Shown here: in pieces, positions 25,900-37,389 of the stretch
Position numbering within the stretch: position 1 is the first letter of the stretch
Layout of the letters: each line of letters starts with the position of its first letter
Assembly (NCBI GenBank): GCA_051362555.1
Contig: CM120641.1
Coordinates: forward strand, 42,848,401 to 42,912,400
Source of the DNA: Lingula anatina
Taxonomy: Eukaryota > Animalia > Brachiopoda
Direction of reading: 5' to 3'
DNA length: 64,000 bases
The notes under the pieces: generated by a model
The model's database searches: none
The model's input: only the letters and a program-made list of their open reading frames with translations
Told to the model about the DNA's origin: nothing
Translations under genes and position numbers: made by a program

Positions 25900-26500
25900 T
25901 TTTATTGTCCTTTGCTTCAGAGGACACACAAACTTAACACTTGATGCTACAATACATAGTCTTTTATTTAATTGCTCTCAGAACTCCAATAAGAACTGTT
26001 GGTTAGGACTTATAAATTTTAGTACTTTACTAATTCTCATAAATGGTCATCTCATTGCCATGGAATTGATGTTTTTATCTCATATGACAGATGCATACCT
26101 CTGTGTCATTGCAGACAACAATCATCAGGTGGTTGTACTACTTCTTAGCAACTGGTTCCTTCCTGATGCCCAAGTCAGTCTGTGGACTCTAAAATAGTAT
26201 TTGTTTGCATATGCCTCTTATGATGGACATAGAGAGAGTCTCTGTAGTAGTGTGTGTGGCCTTGTATATTAATAAGGCTGTGATGAGGCCAACCCTATAC
26301 TGACCCCACTTCACAGACTTCGCTTGCTCATGTGTTACGCTTACCACATATGATGCCTGTGATGGGGTCACATTAATGTCCACACTGTCTGCATGTGCCA
26401 GTACTTCTTCATATGAGGCATCCCTCAAACTATCATTCCTGACTGACTTAAGGTCAACTGGCCAATCACCTTCCAGTGACAGACAGGACAACAGCAGTTA
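25900..26500 (-). pseudogene. Decayed YqaJ-like (lambda-exonuclease family) ORF of a DNA transposon (ISL2EU/Kolobok type)
   Basis: THEQAKSVKWGQYRVGLITA..YKATHT...LSMSIIRGIC matches T..Q..S..W...R.GRITAS. A frameshifted TDLG..KEPVAKK.Y follows, matching the WG...E..A...Y motif. Confidence 0.6.
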
Positions 26501-26884
26501 CTTTTTCAACAGCACACTGTAGACTGCTTCAATCTCACGTTTTGTGGGTGACGGTATATTATTTGGGTCCTTTATGGGATGAACAAGTGCCAAACAATCC
26601 CTCCACTTTTTATTTGCTGACTGTAAGTCTAACTCTCAACTTTGTTTGTATGGATGTTCCAACTACAAGAAGAAAATAAAAAAGATCTTTAAAATACTAG
26701 TAATAACACATGTACATTTTTCATATGGACATTGGAGTAAAATGATAATTAACCAAGCCTAAAAGAAATTTCACACACAAATTATATTCATAACATCTGT
26801 TTGATGCAGATTTAATCATATTTAATATAGTAATGCTACTTTGGCAATGCCTTTTTATGGTCCTCTTCTAAGTCTTAAATCCTG

Positions 26885-27137
26885 TAGTATATTGCCCTGT
26901 GGGTGAGGGATACTTTTTTTTTTTTATATACCAAACACAGGATGGAATGACTCTACGGTTACCAAGAGTTGGTCTGTTATTCTGCCATATTATATAAATG
27001 CATTATGCATTGTGCCTCATCGCAGCATTGTCCTCTTTTCCTGGCTGCCTGTCTTCATTTTGAAAACCTAGAATGTCCCCCCTGGCCACCCTAATTATTC
27101 CCAGGTGGAACTCGTCTGTTATATCCAACTTAATAAC
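26885..27137 (-). pseudogene. Decayed P2X7 C-terminal (ballast)-like / KolX-like exon, copy 1
   Basis: Translates as [47 protein letters not shown], matching RH.AYR.Y..W....LG..RR.IPSC.VW.IR..YP...G.Y.GF. Confidence 0.75.
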
Positions 27138-27183
27138 ATATGAATAAAAATGCACAGAAATGTCCATCACACTTGTGTAGTAA

Positions 27184-27802
27184 AGCCCGCCGTACACAGA
27201 ACAATTTTTTGTTGGCCGATCGGTCGTCCTGGATGAGATCAGCGCACACACACACGACAAGCTGTCGCAACGAAGCGCCAAGTGGTGTGGTGAAAGTGAC
27301 GTATCTCGTCCGCGAGGTGGGGTGTTGTTTCAAAATGGCTGTAATTTCGCTGAAAATTAAAAAAAAACTAATACTAATAGAAAATTATAGGGCCTTCCAT
27401 CATACTGACCGGTCATACCGACTTCCTTTGCTATGTCGAACCAAGCTGCTGCCTTTTTCACTCGGTTTCCAACTCGTGACCAAAATGCCCTCTTTTTCAA
27501 TGGACCACTCACTATTCAAAATTTCTTCACCTGTACTTTCCTCACGGCTATCACTGGGGGCATCCATATTGAATTCTGGCATGGGCACGTGATATCAGAT
27601 GGCGCAACCATTGGCTGAAGATAATGATCAGCCCGACAAATTGTCGTAGGAAAGCGCACACACTACGGTACGACGTTTAAAAATCAAACATGTTTGATTC
27701 TCTCCCGACTAGTTGAAAAGTTGTCATGGAGCAGCGCAGACGGGCCGATATTTTGTCGTAAGTGTGTCGGCCGACGAAAAATCGTTTTGTGTGCAGCAGG
27801 CT
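27184..27802. mobile_element. PIF/Harbinger internal-deletion derivative, 619 bp
   Basis: TIRs agcccgccgtacacagaacaattttt / aaaaatcgttttgtgtgcagcaggct. TAA TSD at 27181-27183 and 27803-27805. Inside is a minus-strand MADF/Myb-like start, WSIEKEGILVTSW. Confidence 0.85.
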
Positions 27803-27837
27803 TAAGCAATTGCTGCTCTACACAATATGTCCTGTGT

Positions 27838-28098
27838 CAAAACCCCTATATTTCACTGTAGGTGAGGGATACTTGTACCACACACAGCATGATGGGATAA
27901 TTTGACTCTATGGTCACCATGAGTTAGCCTGTTCTACTGCCGCATTATATAACTGCGGTAGGCATTGTGCCTTATCGCAGCATTGTCCTCCTTTCCTTGC
28001 TGCCTATCTTCATTTTGAAAACCTAGAATGCCCCCCCCCTCCCCCGGCTACCCTCATACCCAGGTGGAACTTGTCTGTTATATTCAACTCCATAACCT
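27838..28098 (-). pseudogene. Decayed P2X7 ballast-like / KolX-like exon, copy 2
   Basis: Direct duplicate of 26885-27137; translates ILGFQNEDRQQGKEDNAAIRHNAYRSYIMRQ*NRLTHGDHRV, with frameshifts. Confidence 0.75.
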
Positions 28099-28199
28099 GT
28101 AAATAAAAATACAAAGAAATGTACTTCACACTTGTGTAATAAGCAATTACCATGATTCTGAGACAAGTAGGAGATGGCCTGTTTCCCTTCTTATCATCC

Positions 28200-29261
28200 A
28201 TGAAGAGGGTCCCTGAGATGTAGAGTTTTGATACTGGATATTTCTCATTTGCGGTTTCAATTTATTGATTTTAACCTTGTAGCTATCGACGGAAACAGCC
28301 TGAATAATTTCTTGTAGCCCGGCTGTCCTGGGCAACTTAACAAATTATGAGTTCTGTCCAGGAGGTAATGGGCATCAAATGCCTCTGGAGTTTGGGACAA
28401 TTTTCTTACCTCCTCTTCATCAGGTTCAAACAGCTGTGTCAGCTGTTCCTGAAACTCCTTATTAATCATCGAGAAGAGGTCTAACAACACTCTTCAGTTA
28501 AGAAGACGTAACGTGAGGCTTTCCTCAGTTACATTCAGGTGTTGTCTGAATTCTTCCCTGGCTTCTCTTTCTCCAGGCATAATGCTTTCCTCAGAATTCC
28601 TAATAAAGGCCAATCTGCTCATATCGGGTATGTCTTTAAGCACCCCCATTATCCTGCAAGCTAGTGTCTGCAGGGTGGCCACTCTTTGCATATAAGTTTC
28701 CGATCTATGCAGCATAGGATGGAAAATCAAGGGCAGATGGCAATCAAAAGCATGTTCAGCTGCTGTATCTGGGCCCTTGCACCAGGACAGCAAATATCTC
28801 TTTTCTCTCCCTTGACATGGCGCTTTTGCCGCTGGTGAATTGGAAGCCATTCTCCTCCCATGAGGATAACTCCTTTCAACCTGGCCCCTGCTCAGGTCTT
28901 CTGAAAGGAGAGGACAAATTTCTCCTCTGCTTCCTCCAGTCTTTATGGTAAGGACAGCCTTACCTCTTCTTAGAGGATCCACTTTTATCTTCTGCTGTCC
29001 ATACTGCTGTTGATGTCACCTTATGTCTAGGTTCAGACGTTGGTGAGAAGGCAACTCCTTTGAGTGCCCAGTCTCCACCTCCATTCTGACCTCGAACCAT
29101 TCGCCACAGAAGTCACACCATGGCTGTCGGCAGTTACAGTAGACTCTATCATCACCTCTTCTGGTTGCATGACTCTCTGGATTTTTCCTCCAATGACCAA
29201 TCCACTGTGGTAATTCCGTGTCTTTACACGACTTAAGTCGGTCATGACTGGCCACAAACAC
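28200..29261 (-). pseudogene. Fragmented ORF with a PHD-finger-like N-terminal segment, probably from a mobile element
   Basis: VYCNCRQP.WCDFCGEWF in ORF 29016-29261, followed by consecutive minus-strand ORF pieces 28494-28982, 28257-28490 and 28147-28335. Confidence 0.45.
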
Positions 29262-29544
29262 TGTGCCTTAAAAATGTGTCCCTGCTAACAGTGACAAAGA
29301 GAGAGGTTATAGAAAGACAGGTTTTTGATCCATGTGTATATTGATCCACTATCTCTGAAAGTAAAAGTGGAATCGGAAAATAACACTGGTCATTGTTTAT
29401 AAAAAGCAAACTATTCAGAGCACACAGATGCCTGAAAAACCTGGACTGATTAGTTGCCACACTGGCGTGCAGTTCCTTAGTAAAATGCACCGACCAATTA
29501 AAGGAACCACAAGCTGCCCTAAAAAGCTTCTTTTCTTTCGACTC

Positions 29545-30300
29545 AAGTGACATCCTGTGGGAATATTGACAGAGGCGAAAATTGCAGTAGTTGCCTGCAT
29601 TCCATTTGTTGCAAGTGGGTTTGGTTTGGGGACGAAAAGTGCTTTGGGTTTGGGGGCGAAAAATGCTTTTGGGGGTCATGGTCACATATGCAATTTCAGT
29701 AAGAATGACGCTGTCCGGGATTTCCCAATTGCATTTCAGGGCAGCCCTTTTCATTCAAAAACGTTCATCGTAGAGGCGCCAATTGGTGATTTTGTTAGAA
29801 TACATTTCTAGTATACGGTTTTGGTACGCGATGAGATTAGTTGATTCGTCTGGAAATTTTTGAGTGTACACTGCCTTAAACACTCCGAAACCTACTAGCC
29901 ATTGGAATATTTTAATTTCCTTTTTGTTTTGCTGAGTAGGAAGAAGGACCAAGGGGGCTGCCTGATCAAACTGGGGTATTACCAAAAATTGGAGGGAGGG
30001 CTCCTGTTTGTCTCTTGGGAGCAGGGTATTGGACATGTGTGGTATAAGGCCTTTGATATTAACATACTGGTCTTCTTGAATTTTAGTGATGGTTATCTGG
30101 GAGAGGTGAGTTAGTGATTGGTAGGCCGTATCTGTAGATGCTGCCAGGGTTGAGTCCCCTGAACCCAACTGGGTGGTTTGCAAGTGAAGAAGGGTGGGTG
30201 AAGATGTACAGTTGAATGTTCCATCTGGGTTCACCGTTATAACCTGATATTCCCAAGAATCCAGTATTGAAAGCAATAGGTCCCTTGAATCCAATAAAGC
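29545..30300 (-). mobile_element. Ngaro/DIRS-type gag-like ORF1 relic (copy A)
   Basis: QWLVGFGVFKAVYTQKFP..TNLIAYQNRI..WRLYDERF followed by the CCCH finger CNKWNAGNYCNFRLCQYSH; homologous to the ORF upstream of the RT at 39505-40330. Confidence 0.8.
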
Positions 30301-31139
30301 TTGATTGCCAAAGCTACCTGACTTGGTGCTAGGTATCAGATCTGTGGGTCCTGGCTCTGGATCTTCTTTCTTACCAAATATATATCAACTCAGCGATGCT
30401 TCATACAAACTTCTTTCTCCATCTTATCTCTTCTCTGTAAAGTAGCGATCTGCTGGTGTCTTGTGTTCTCGCGCGTATTACGCATCATGTCACGTGACGA
30501 ACATGCGTAAGTTGTTATTGGTCTATTCTGGTGTAGTAGGAGGATCGACTGTCGGGTGTATATGTCAGTCTATAACACTTATGAGCCACATTGCGTGGCT
30601 CAGGAAGCGACTAAAATATCCTTGCATATAAGTGAGATTATTTCATAATCTTTATTAATGACACCAGGTGAGAGTTGATCTTTTCTTGGCTTCCTAAATC
30701 TTGGCATGCAACGTTTACAAAATGGTGTGGATTCATCAACAGTCCCTTCTAATCCGACAGCACCTATGAAGTAGTTGTTACATTCCTGTAGACTGTTTGA
30801 AGGGCAAAATGCAACATCCCCTGGTTAACTGCCAGTTGCACTGTGCACAATATCCTGTGAACAGGAAAAGCAATTTGGACGCCTTAAAAAATCATAGTAC
30901 CTACTATAGTGTGGGATACACAAGGTAAATGGTAATGTTGGTACTGTGGAAACAGAAGATTCTAAAGAAAAACATGGAATTATGTCTTCAGGACTACCAA
31001 GACTTGTCCTCTTAACTTGAGAACCAGAGGATTGCTGGCAAAAAGGTAAACAACACTTACATGTACTTTGTTCAGGTTGATCATTCTTGGGAGTTTTACT
31101 ACTACGCACCAAAGACTTAAACAAGAATAACAAAAGCAA

Positions 31140-31830
31140 TCACTATCTTTGTAAGAACCACCTTGTCTTTTTTCCTCTTCCAAAGCTACCGACTGGTTGC
31201 TAGAAGCAGACTCTTCACTGACATTAACATTCTTGTCGTAAAGACGCCAGTTGGCATAATGGCAATTGGCCTGCATCTCTCAGATTCTATTAGCGTATTA
31301 TAACAATGGAATGGCCTGGGAAGGCTGTAAGTATCTGAAATGCACATTGCCACTGATTTGGTGAGATGACCTCTGTCTTTTTACTTGTTTACCATTCTCA
31401 TCTAATTGTTTCTTATGGACAAAGTGCTCTTCGTTGTTCTTTTCTGCCCTGGACAAGGTGTTGGAGATAGGGGGAATGAGAAATGTTACCTTGAGGAGCA
31501 GTTGCAGTGGGGAAAGTATAGGCAGTCGGCATGTCCTGGAATATGCTGTTGAGGAAAAACCTGTGGGCAGCTGCGCTGGCTGCAGTGCTTGGCGCACTAG
31601 TTGTAGCCTTCGAGGCCTTCTGCGCAGCAGACCTAGTGCTGGCACGAGTACTGATTGGTACGGACGCAATTTATCCGGTGGATCTGCTGTCCTCGGTTGC
31701 GTTCTTGCCACTACCTGCAGTAGCAACATCCCCGGTAGGGAGAGCCTGACATGGCTGAACGCTAATGACAGTAGCCAGTTGATCGAATAAAGACCGTTGG
31801 TCTTTGGCCACCATGACGAGAGTTACGCAA
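31140..31830 (-). mobile_element. Ngaro/DIRS-type gag-like ORF1 relic (copy B)
   Basis: YLQPSQAIPLL*YANRI*EMQANCHYANWRLYDKN; in-frame stops and deletions. Confidence 0.7.
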
Positions 31831-32449
31831 TACTAACCGAGGGCGTAGACAAAGAACCGATTGCAGAACGTCCACAAAGTCAAAGCGCAGCAATAAAAAC
31901 ATCCCTAAAATCCAACCAGAAGTTGTAATCCACGATAAACTGTATAGAAAACCAAGAAACTACTTGGTAACCAAAAAGAAGTCCAGAGAAAAATCAAAAA
32001 CACAACAGAGACGAAGTGAAAACCTGATTCGCATGTTCAAAGCAACTAAGTTCACTGAGCATGCATGGCCTAGTTCTATCTCACATAAGCCCTTTGTGAG
32101 TGAAGACGAGGCATATTTACACAAAATAAATCAAAGATTAACATGAAAAAGTAAAGGCAATCAATGCAGTCTTAATCTAAGCTATTTTGAAGAAATGCTC
32201 TGAAGTAAATGACTTGTAATCTTTCGCTAAACCAGACAATAATCAAGCGAGTAAAGGACAGTGAATAATTGAGTGTAAATTAATTAAGATTCAACAAGTT
32301 TAGACATTTTATCGCAGTAGAAACAGAAGGAACATGTCAAAGTCGGGTAAAGTTGGTTTTGATTTGAATAATTTTTCAATACAGGTGTAAAACATTAATA
32401 CTAAAACTATAACAACTAATATTACTAATACTAAAACAGATTCACTACA

Positions 32450-34348
32450 CTAATTTTTGTTACTCGCTCTCAAATTTCTATTGGCAGTGTTCATTGCTGA
32501 AACCATCTTTCCCCAAAAGTTCTTGGTTAGTCTTTGCTGCTCTGGAAAGTAACGACTAACAGCTTTCTGTATGAACTGGATTCTATTTCTGTCCAGTGGA
32601 CTTCCACGTTCTTTGTAAGGTCCGTCCTCTCCTCCCTGCTAAAGAGCTGCCCCATAAGCTTAACACAAAAATTGGTTGCCTCCGTGGAATTTTGTTTCAG
32701 GACAAGGAGCTCATTCTCAGTGGGGAATAACGGACGGGTCTGTAGTACACGTTTGCCAATCAGAACCGTTTATACCATTTCATGTGATCTGTTTAGGCTT
32801 TCACCCAAGTTTTTCAACCATTCATGAGTCTCATATGGTATCAAATTTTCATTCACACAACCTGTTAGTAAATGTAATGGCATAAAAACTTCCCTCCCTA
32901 ACATCATCATGTTAGGAGTAAACCCTGTAGATGCATTCACAGTTAAGTATTATGCCATAACTAATTGAGGTAGGTCTCTATCCCAAAATCTCACATTACC
33001 TTCTACATTACATCTAATCTGTGCAATAATACCCATGCATCTTTCAACTTGGTGTGCTGTCGTCATCAATCACGATGTCTGCACATCCAGCCATGGCAGC
33101 CTCGAGGTTCCCCGCTGTGAGCGGCAATGTTTGCCTTCACCTGCAATTAATTACAGACAAATTCATTAATTTGTAATCACAATAAAAAAATGTAAATAAA
33201 TATTAATGTTTGTTTATACTTACACTGTTGACGGGCGAAGGCGGACCACAGTCTTGAGGAAGCCGAAATTTGCCTTTACCCACTGCTCCCTCTCTGTCCG
33301 TTTCAGGGCGCTGTCACCGTTCTTTTTCTTGTCAAGACGGGTGTGGGTATCTCACAGGGATTTGAACCACCCTTAAAGGTTCTCAACAGTCTTCTCTGTG
33401 GCTTTGGTTTGATCCTCCCAAAGCTTTGCCTTCTTGTCCACTCTCCAGTAGTCTGTCTTCTTGATATACCAGAGGATGGTGTTCTCATGAAGGAAATCAC
33501 ACATTAGCTGCTCCTCTTAGACATTGAGACAAAACTATTGAACTATCCATAATAACAACAGGTCTGGTAGCGGCCCTGTCCCCTAGAATAGCATCTAGCT
33601 CCTTAAAGTACAATGTGTCCACCTGGGCCCTACCAGACCTGTTGTTATGGTCTTTTTGTTTTCTGTAGTTCTTCGTGAGGTTCCTTATTTTGTTCCTGAT
33701 CTCAGTTTCCGTGAACTGAACATCAAGTTCATCCTGAAAAATATATAGTTTATCTGGAAAAGCTTCACACATATCATATATGAGCATGCAGTAGTAATAC
33801 CCCTCCACCTACCTACACACACCTTCAAGGTGTAATCCATCAGTTTCAATGCCAAAACCAATTTTTAACACTTAAAAAACGCTAAAAAAATCCAATATTC
33901 TCTTTCAGATATATAAGTTTATCGCACATGACAAAATTCACGGTGATAACCTACCTTCAATCTAAGCCCTATTTCACGGAATACCGATTTGTTTTTCGTG
34001 TTTCCTTCCAACCTTCTCTGTATTTCGGTTTAAGACCATAGGGCCAGGAGGGCCTTAATAGCCTCCTCTGGCCACGAAATCTTTTGTTGCTCATTCTGTC
34101 ACGATATGGAGGATTTTCCCGCAAACGAGGTCTGCTGATGAATTGCCCACTTGTGCGCATGCGCTTCATATGTAGACATCCGGTCTCAACCGTGGTCAGG
34201 AGTTTACTCCGATTATACCCACCTCCAAATCTGGGTTTATTTCGACTGCGGTCAGGGCTACGTCGTCCATTCACATTAGAAAAGTCCACCACGATAGGAC
34301 CGAGGTCAGGCCTTGACCGTGGTTAAAAGTGCCAGTGTGAATGGGGTA
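32450..34348 (-). mobile_element. Truncated Harbinger element: one TIR plus a decayed spliced ORF encoding a Myb/SANT (trihelix) domain and a C-terminal BEN-like domain
   Basis: Terminus TACCCCATTCACACTGGCAC on the minus strand at 34348, next to TTA. WPEEAIKALLALWS*TEIQRRLEG..KNKSVFREI splices to FTETEIRNKIRNLTKNYRKQKDHNNRSGR..YFKELDAILG. The last exon (from ~32861) gives TNFCVKLMGQLFSREER..LDRNRIQFIQKAV..FP..FWGKMVSAMN. Confidence 0.75.
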
Positions 34349-34999
34349 TTATTCTTCTTGGTTCTCTTCTTGGCAAGGGTTGGCTGGGAGGAGATGGAGG
34401 CCACTGGGGAAGCAGCTTCCGTTACCATTGACGATGCCTGAGAGGCATTCCCTTCACCTAAAAAACCATAAGTAAAACATTTTTATTGTAGTAAATAGCA
34501 TAATGTACTGTATCAACAACATTATTCATCCAACAAACTTTCAAACAATAATGTTAAATACTATAGGCTCTGTCACACCTACCGTAAATAGGTATAGTTA
34601 TAAGGATTACATGTGACATTGATCATATGCAAAACTTTGAGCATATCCAATCACCATTTCAAGCACATTAACATAAAGATTTAAGAAACATACAGAGTTT
34701 TAAATAACATAATGAAATAAAAATAAACAATAAAAATTTTATCTCCCTGTGAGTAGTGACTCAAGCTTTGTCATAGGGCACATTTACACAAAAAACTTGT
34801 CTGTATGGGTCATTTTTCTCCCACCTAAGTGCTATATGCTAGGGATAACAGTACCGTAATCTAACTCTGTTCAAATATTCCAACATACATTGCACACATT
34901 GTGCTAATGAAGTCAAAAGAATGTAAATTGTCAAAAACATTTTAACTTTTTTTTTTGGCTTTTTTAATCTATCATCAATCAACTGTCATGTTCTTACTG

Positions 35000-35790
35000 T
35001 TTTGCTGAATGGGTTGTCAGCAGCCTCACAGACAAATGCCTTTTGGCACTGAATAGCATTCCCTTGAGTCACTACTTAAAAATAATATTTAACAGGTTTT
35101 ACATACACCCAACAATACTCCATACATAAAATCAAATGCAGTGCTCATTGCAAAATCATAATATGGCAACTCATTCACCATCAGGTATTTTGAACTCTTA
35201 AATACAGGAATGCCATCTGTATTCCAAGTAAGCGAAATATTGTATGGATAATCAGAGGATAATGGCCCACCAGGACAGCTTAGGCGACTGTAAAGTTGAG
35301 CATCATATATATCACTTATATTTTTGGAATTCCTTTTAAACCGATGGCCTATTCCTTATAAAAAGTCATCCCTTGCATGTAAGGAATTCAGTTGATCAAT
35401 TATAGACATTTCAATAAAATAGCACTTGGAGTCTGGACTCCTTAAATCTTGTGCGCAACACTGATTTGTGCATACAGTGGCATCTGATTTAACTGTTTTA
35501 AACATTTTCCACAATAATAATGTTTTACAATTTTTCTTTCACTTAGCCCAGAAATATAGCTTTTAAATCTTTTAATACTAGACAAGAGAGGAGGGTTTAC
35601 CATGCAGTGAGACAAGTATGAACAATGCACTTAGCTGACATGCGTTGATATCATATGCCAAAGAATACAATAAGATCAAAGTCAAACTTCCTCTCAAAGA
35701 CTAATAATGCCCTGGATAAATCTTTTCTTCTTGCTTCACTGTATCTTCGTGAACATCTGCTTGCTCCCAAACAATGTCATCATCATCATC
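35000..35790 (-). mobile_element. EnSpm/CACTA transposase (Transposase_21) relic
   Basis: KHYYCGKC, then ISDIYDAQLY...NISLTWNTDGIPVFKSSK..VNELPY, a characteristic CACTA transposase block; frameshifted. Confidence 0.85.
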
Positions 35791-37389
35791 CTGAAAAATT
35801 GCATTTTAGCTAAAAAGTAAACCAAATCAATTAAGATCTGCAACTTTGATAAATAATTCTTTGGTCTTTTTTTTTTTTTTTTTTTTTCATTTTGCATGGA
35901 CATCTGACTATTTGAAAAAAATTCTTAAAAAGGAGCTCTAATTTTTTTTGCCATAAATATTGCTCCTTATTGCTTTCCAAGTTTTTTCATATGTAATTAA
36001 TATGTTGTACTATTAATCAAATATTAATTTTCATTAAGTTGGGGGGGGGGGGGGGGACTGCAAAAGCGGTAAATTTTACCTGGCAAAAGGGCTTAGTTTT
36101 TCCTGGCAAAAGGGTGGTTAGTATGTTGTAGATGCTGGATATATACTAGCTGTGAGATTTTGTTATATATTAAACTTTATATAGTACCGCTAATTCGCCT
36201 GTACTATTAATGAATAACATACATCTTTTTGGGAGCCTAAAAGATTTATTCGTATATTCTTTCTTTCCAGGTACAATGTATTCTCTTTTATCCTATAGAG
36301 CGTCATTCCAATGTCATGATGTATCACAAAGTCTTTCTCCTACATTACCTTATTTGGTAATGTAATAATTCCTCAGCTCTTACACAATGTCTATGATTAT
36401 CCATTTTTCCATAACTTTCCATCATTACGTCATTACTAAAATGTAATCATTCTCTTATTAGGCAATGGTATGATACTTGACCGTAGGTCGCAATTTCTAT
36501 TAATACAGATTTTTCATTGTAACATCCTGAAGGAATGATAACAATACTCCCTTATTCTTTTTTATTATTGAACAACACATGAACTCTTTAACTCTCTTAC
36601 TTACACTGTTTAATCTTTTAACAAATGTATATTGTATCAGTTATTAAATGTACAATGTATCTCACTACGATCACAACTTAATCATTTTCATTACGGTATT
36701 TATTTGAAAATTAATGTGCACATCGCAATTAATGTACCTGTACGCAGAGATCTGCACTTACACTAGGATAGCATAATTGTTAAATTAGTAAATAAGTTGC
36801 CAAACTATTATATTTAATTACCAAATGCATGGGTCTAAGTCACCACAAAAATTAATTTAGAAAAGGTTTTGAAAGTCAAAGATCGAGGAACATTGCGCCA
36901 TTCGTGGTGGTGGCAGTGGTGATCCCGCAAAATTGCTAATTTGTATATCTTACCTCTTTCCTCTTCTCATGACTTTGAACAATTCTATGGTAGATCAGGA
37001 CACCAGTGTTGACTTCGAAATGAACAATTTTGACGTATAGTTTAGTAGGAGATCGTTGATTTTGCAACGGCAACAAAATAATGTCGTCTGCACTCAGACT
37101 TTCTCCAACGGCAGCACGAACATCCCCGCATTAAAAGTTCACTCTTAAACGTGTTAATGAACAACAATATGTTTATTTTAATTGCCTGGAAATTAAAAAA
37201 AAAGAACAGCTTTGGAATTGATATCATTCAATGGGGAAAGTGGAGTTCTTAGGCGCGAAAGTGTGAACATACACATTTTGATTGGTTCCCAGGAGTCACA
37301 TGAAACATTTCACAGGCATCTGCCACAAGGCATAGTACTCGCAGTCTGTCAGTCACTGCTAAGCACTACCTTATATAGAAATTAAAAAA

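Noticed and set aside
27140-27592. 150-aa plus-strand ORF
   Set aside because: It crosses the Harbinger TIR boundary and its deletion junction, so it is a chimeric chance ORF.
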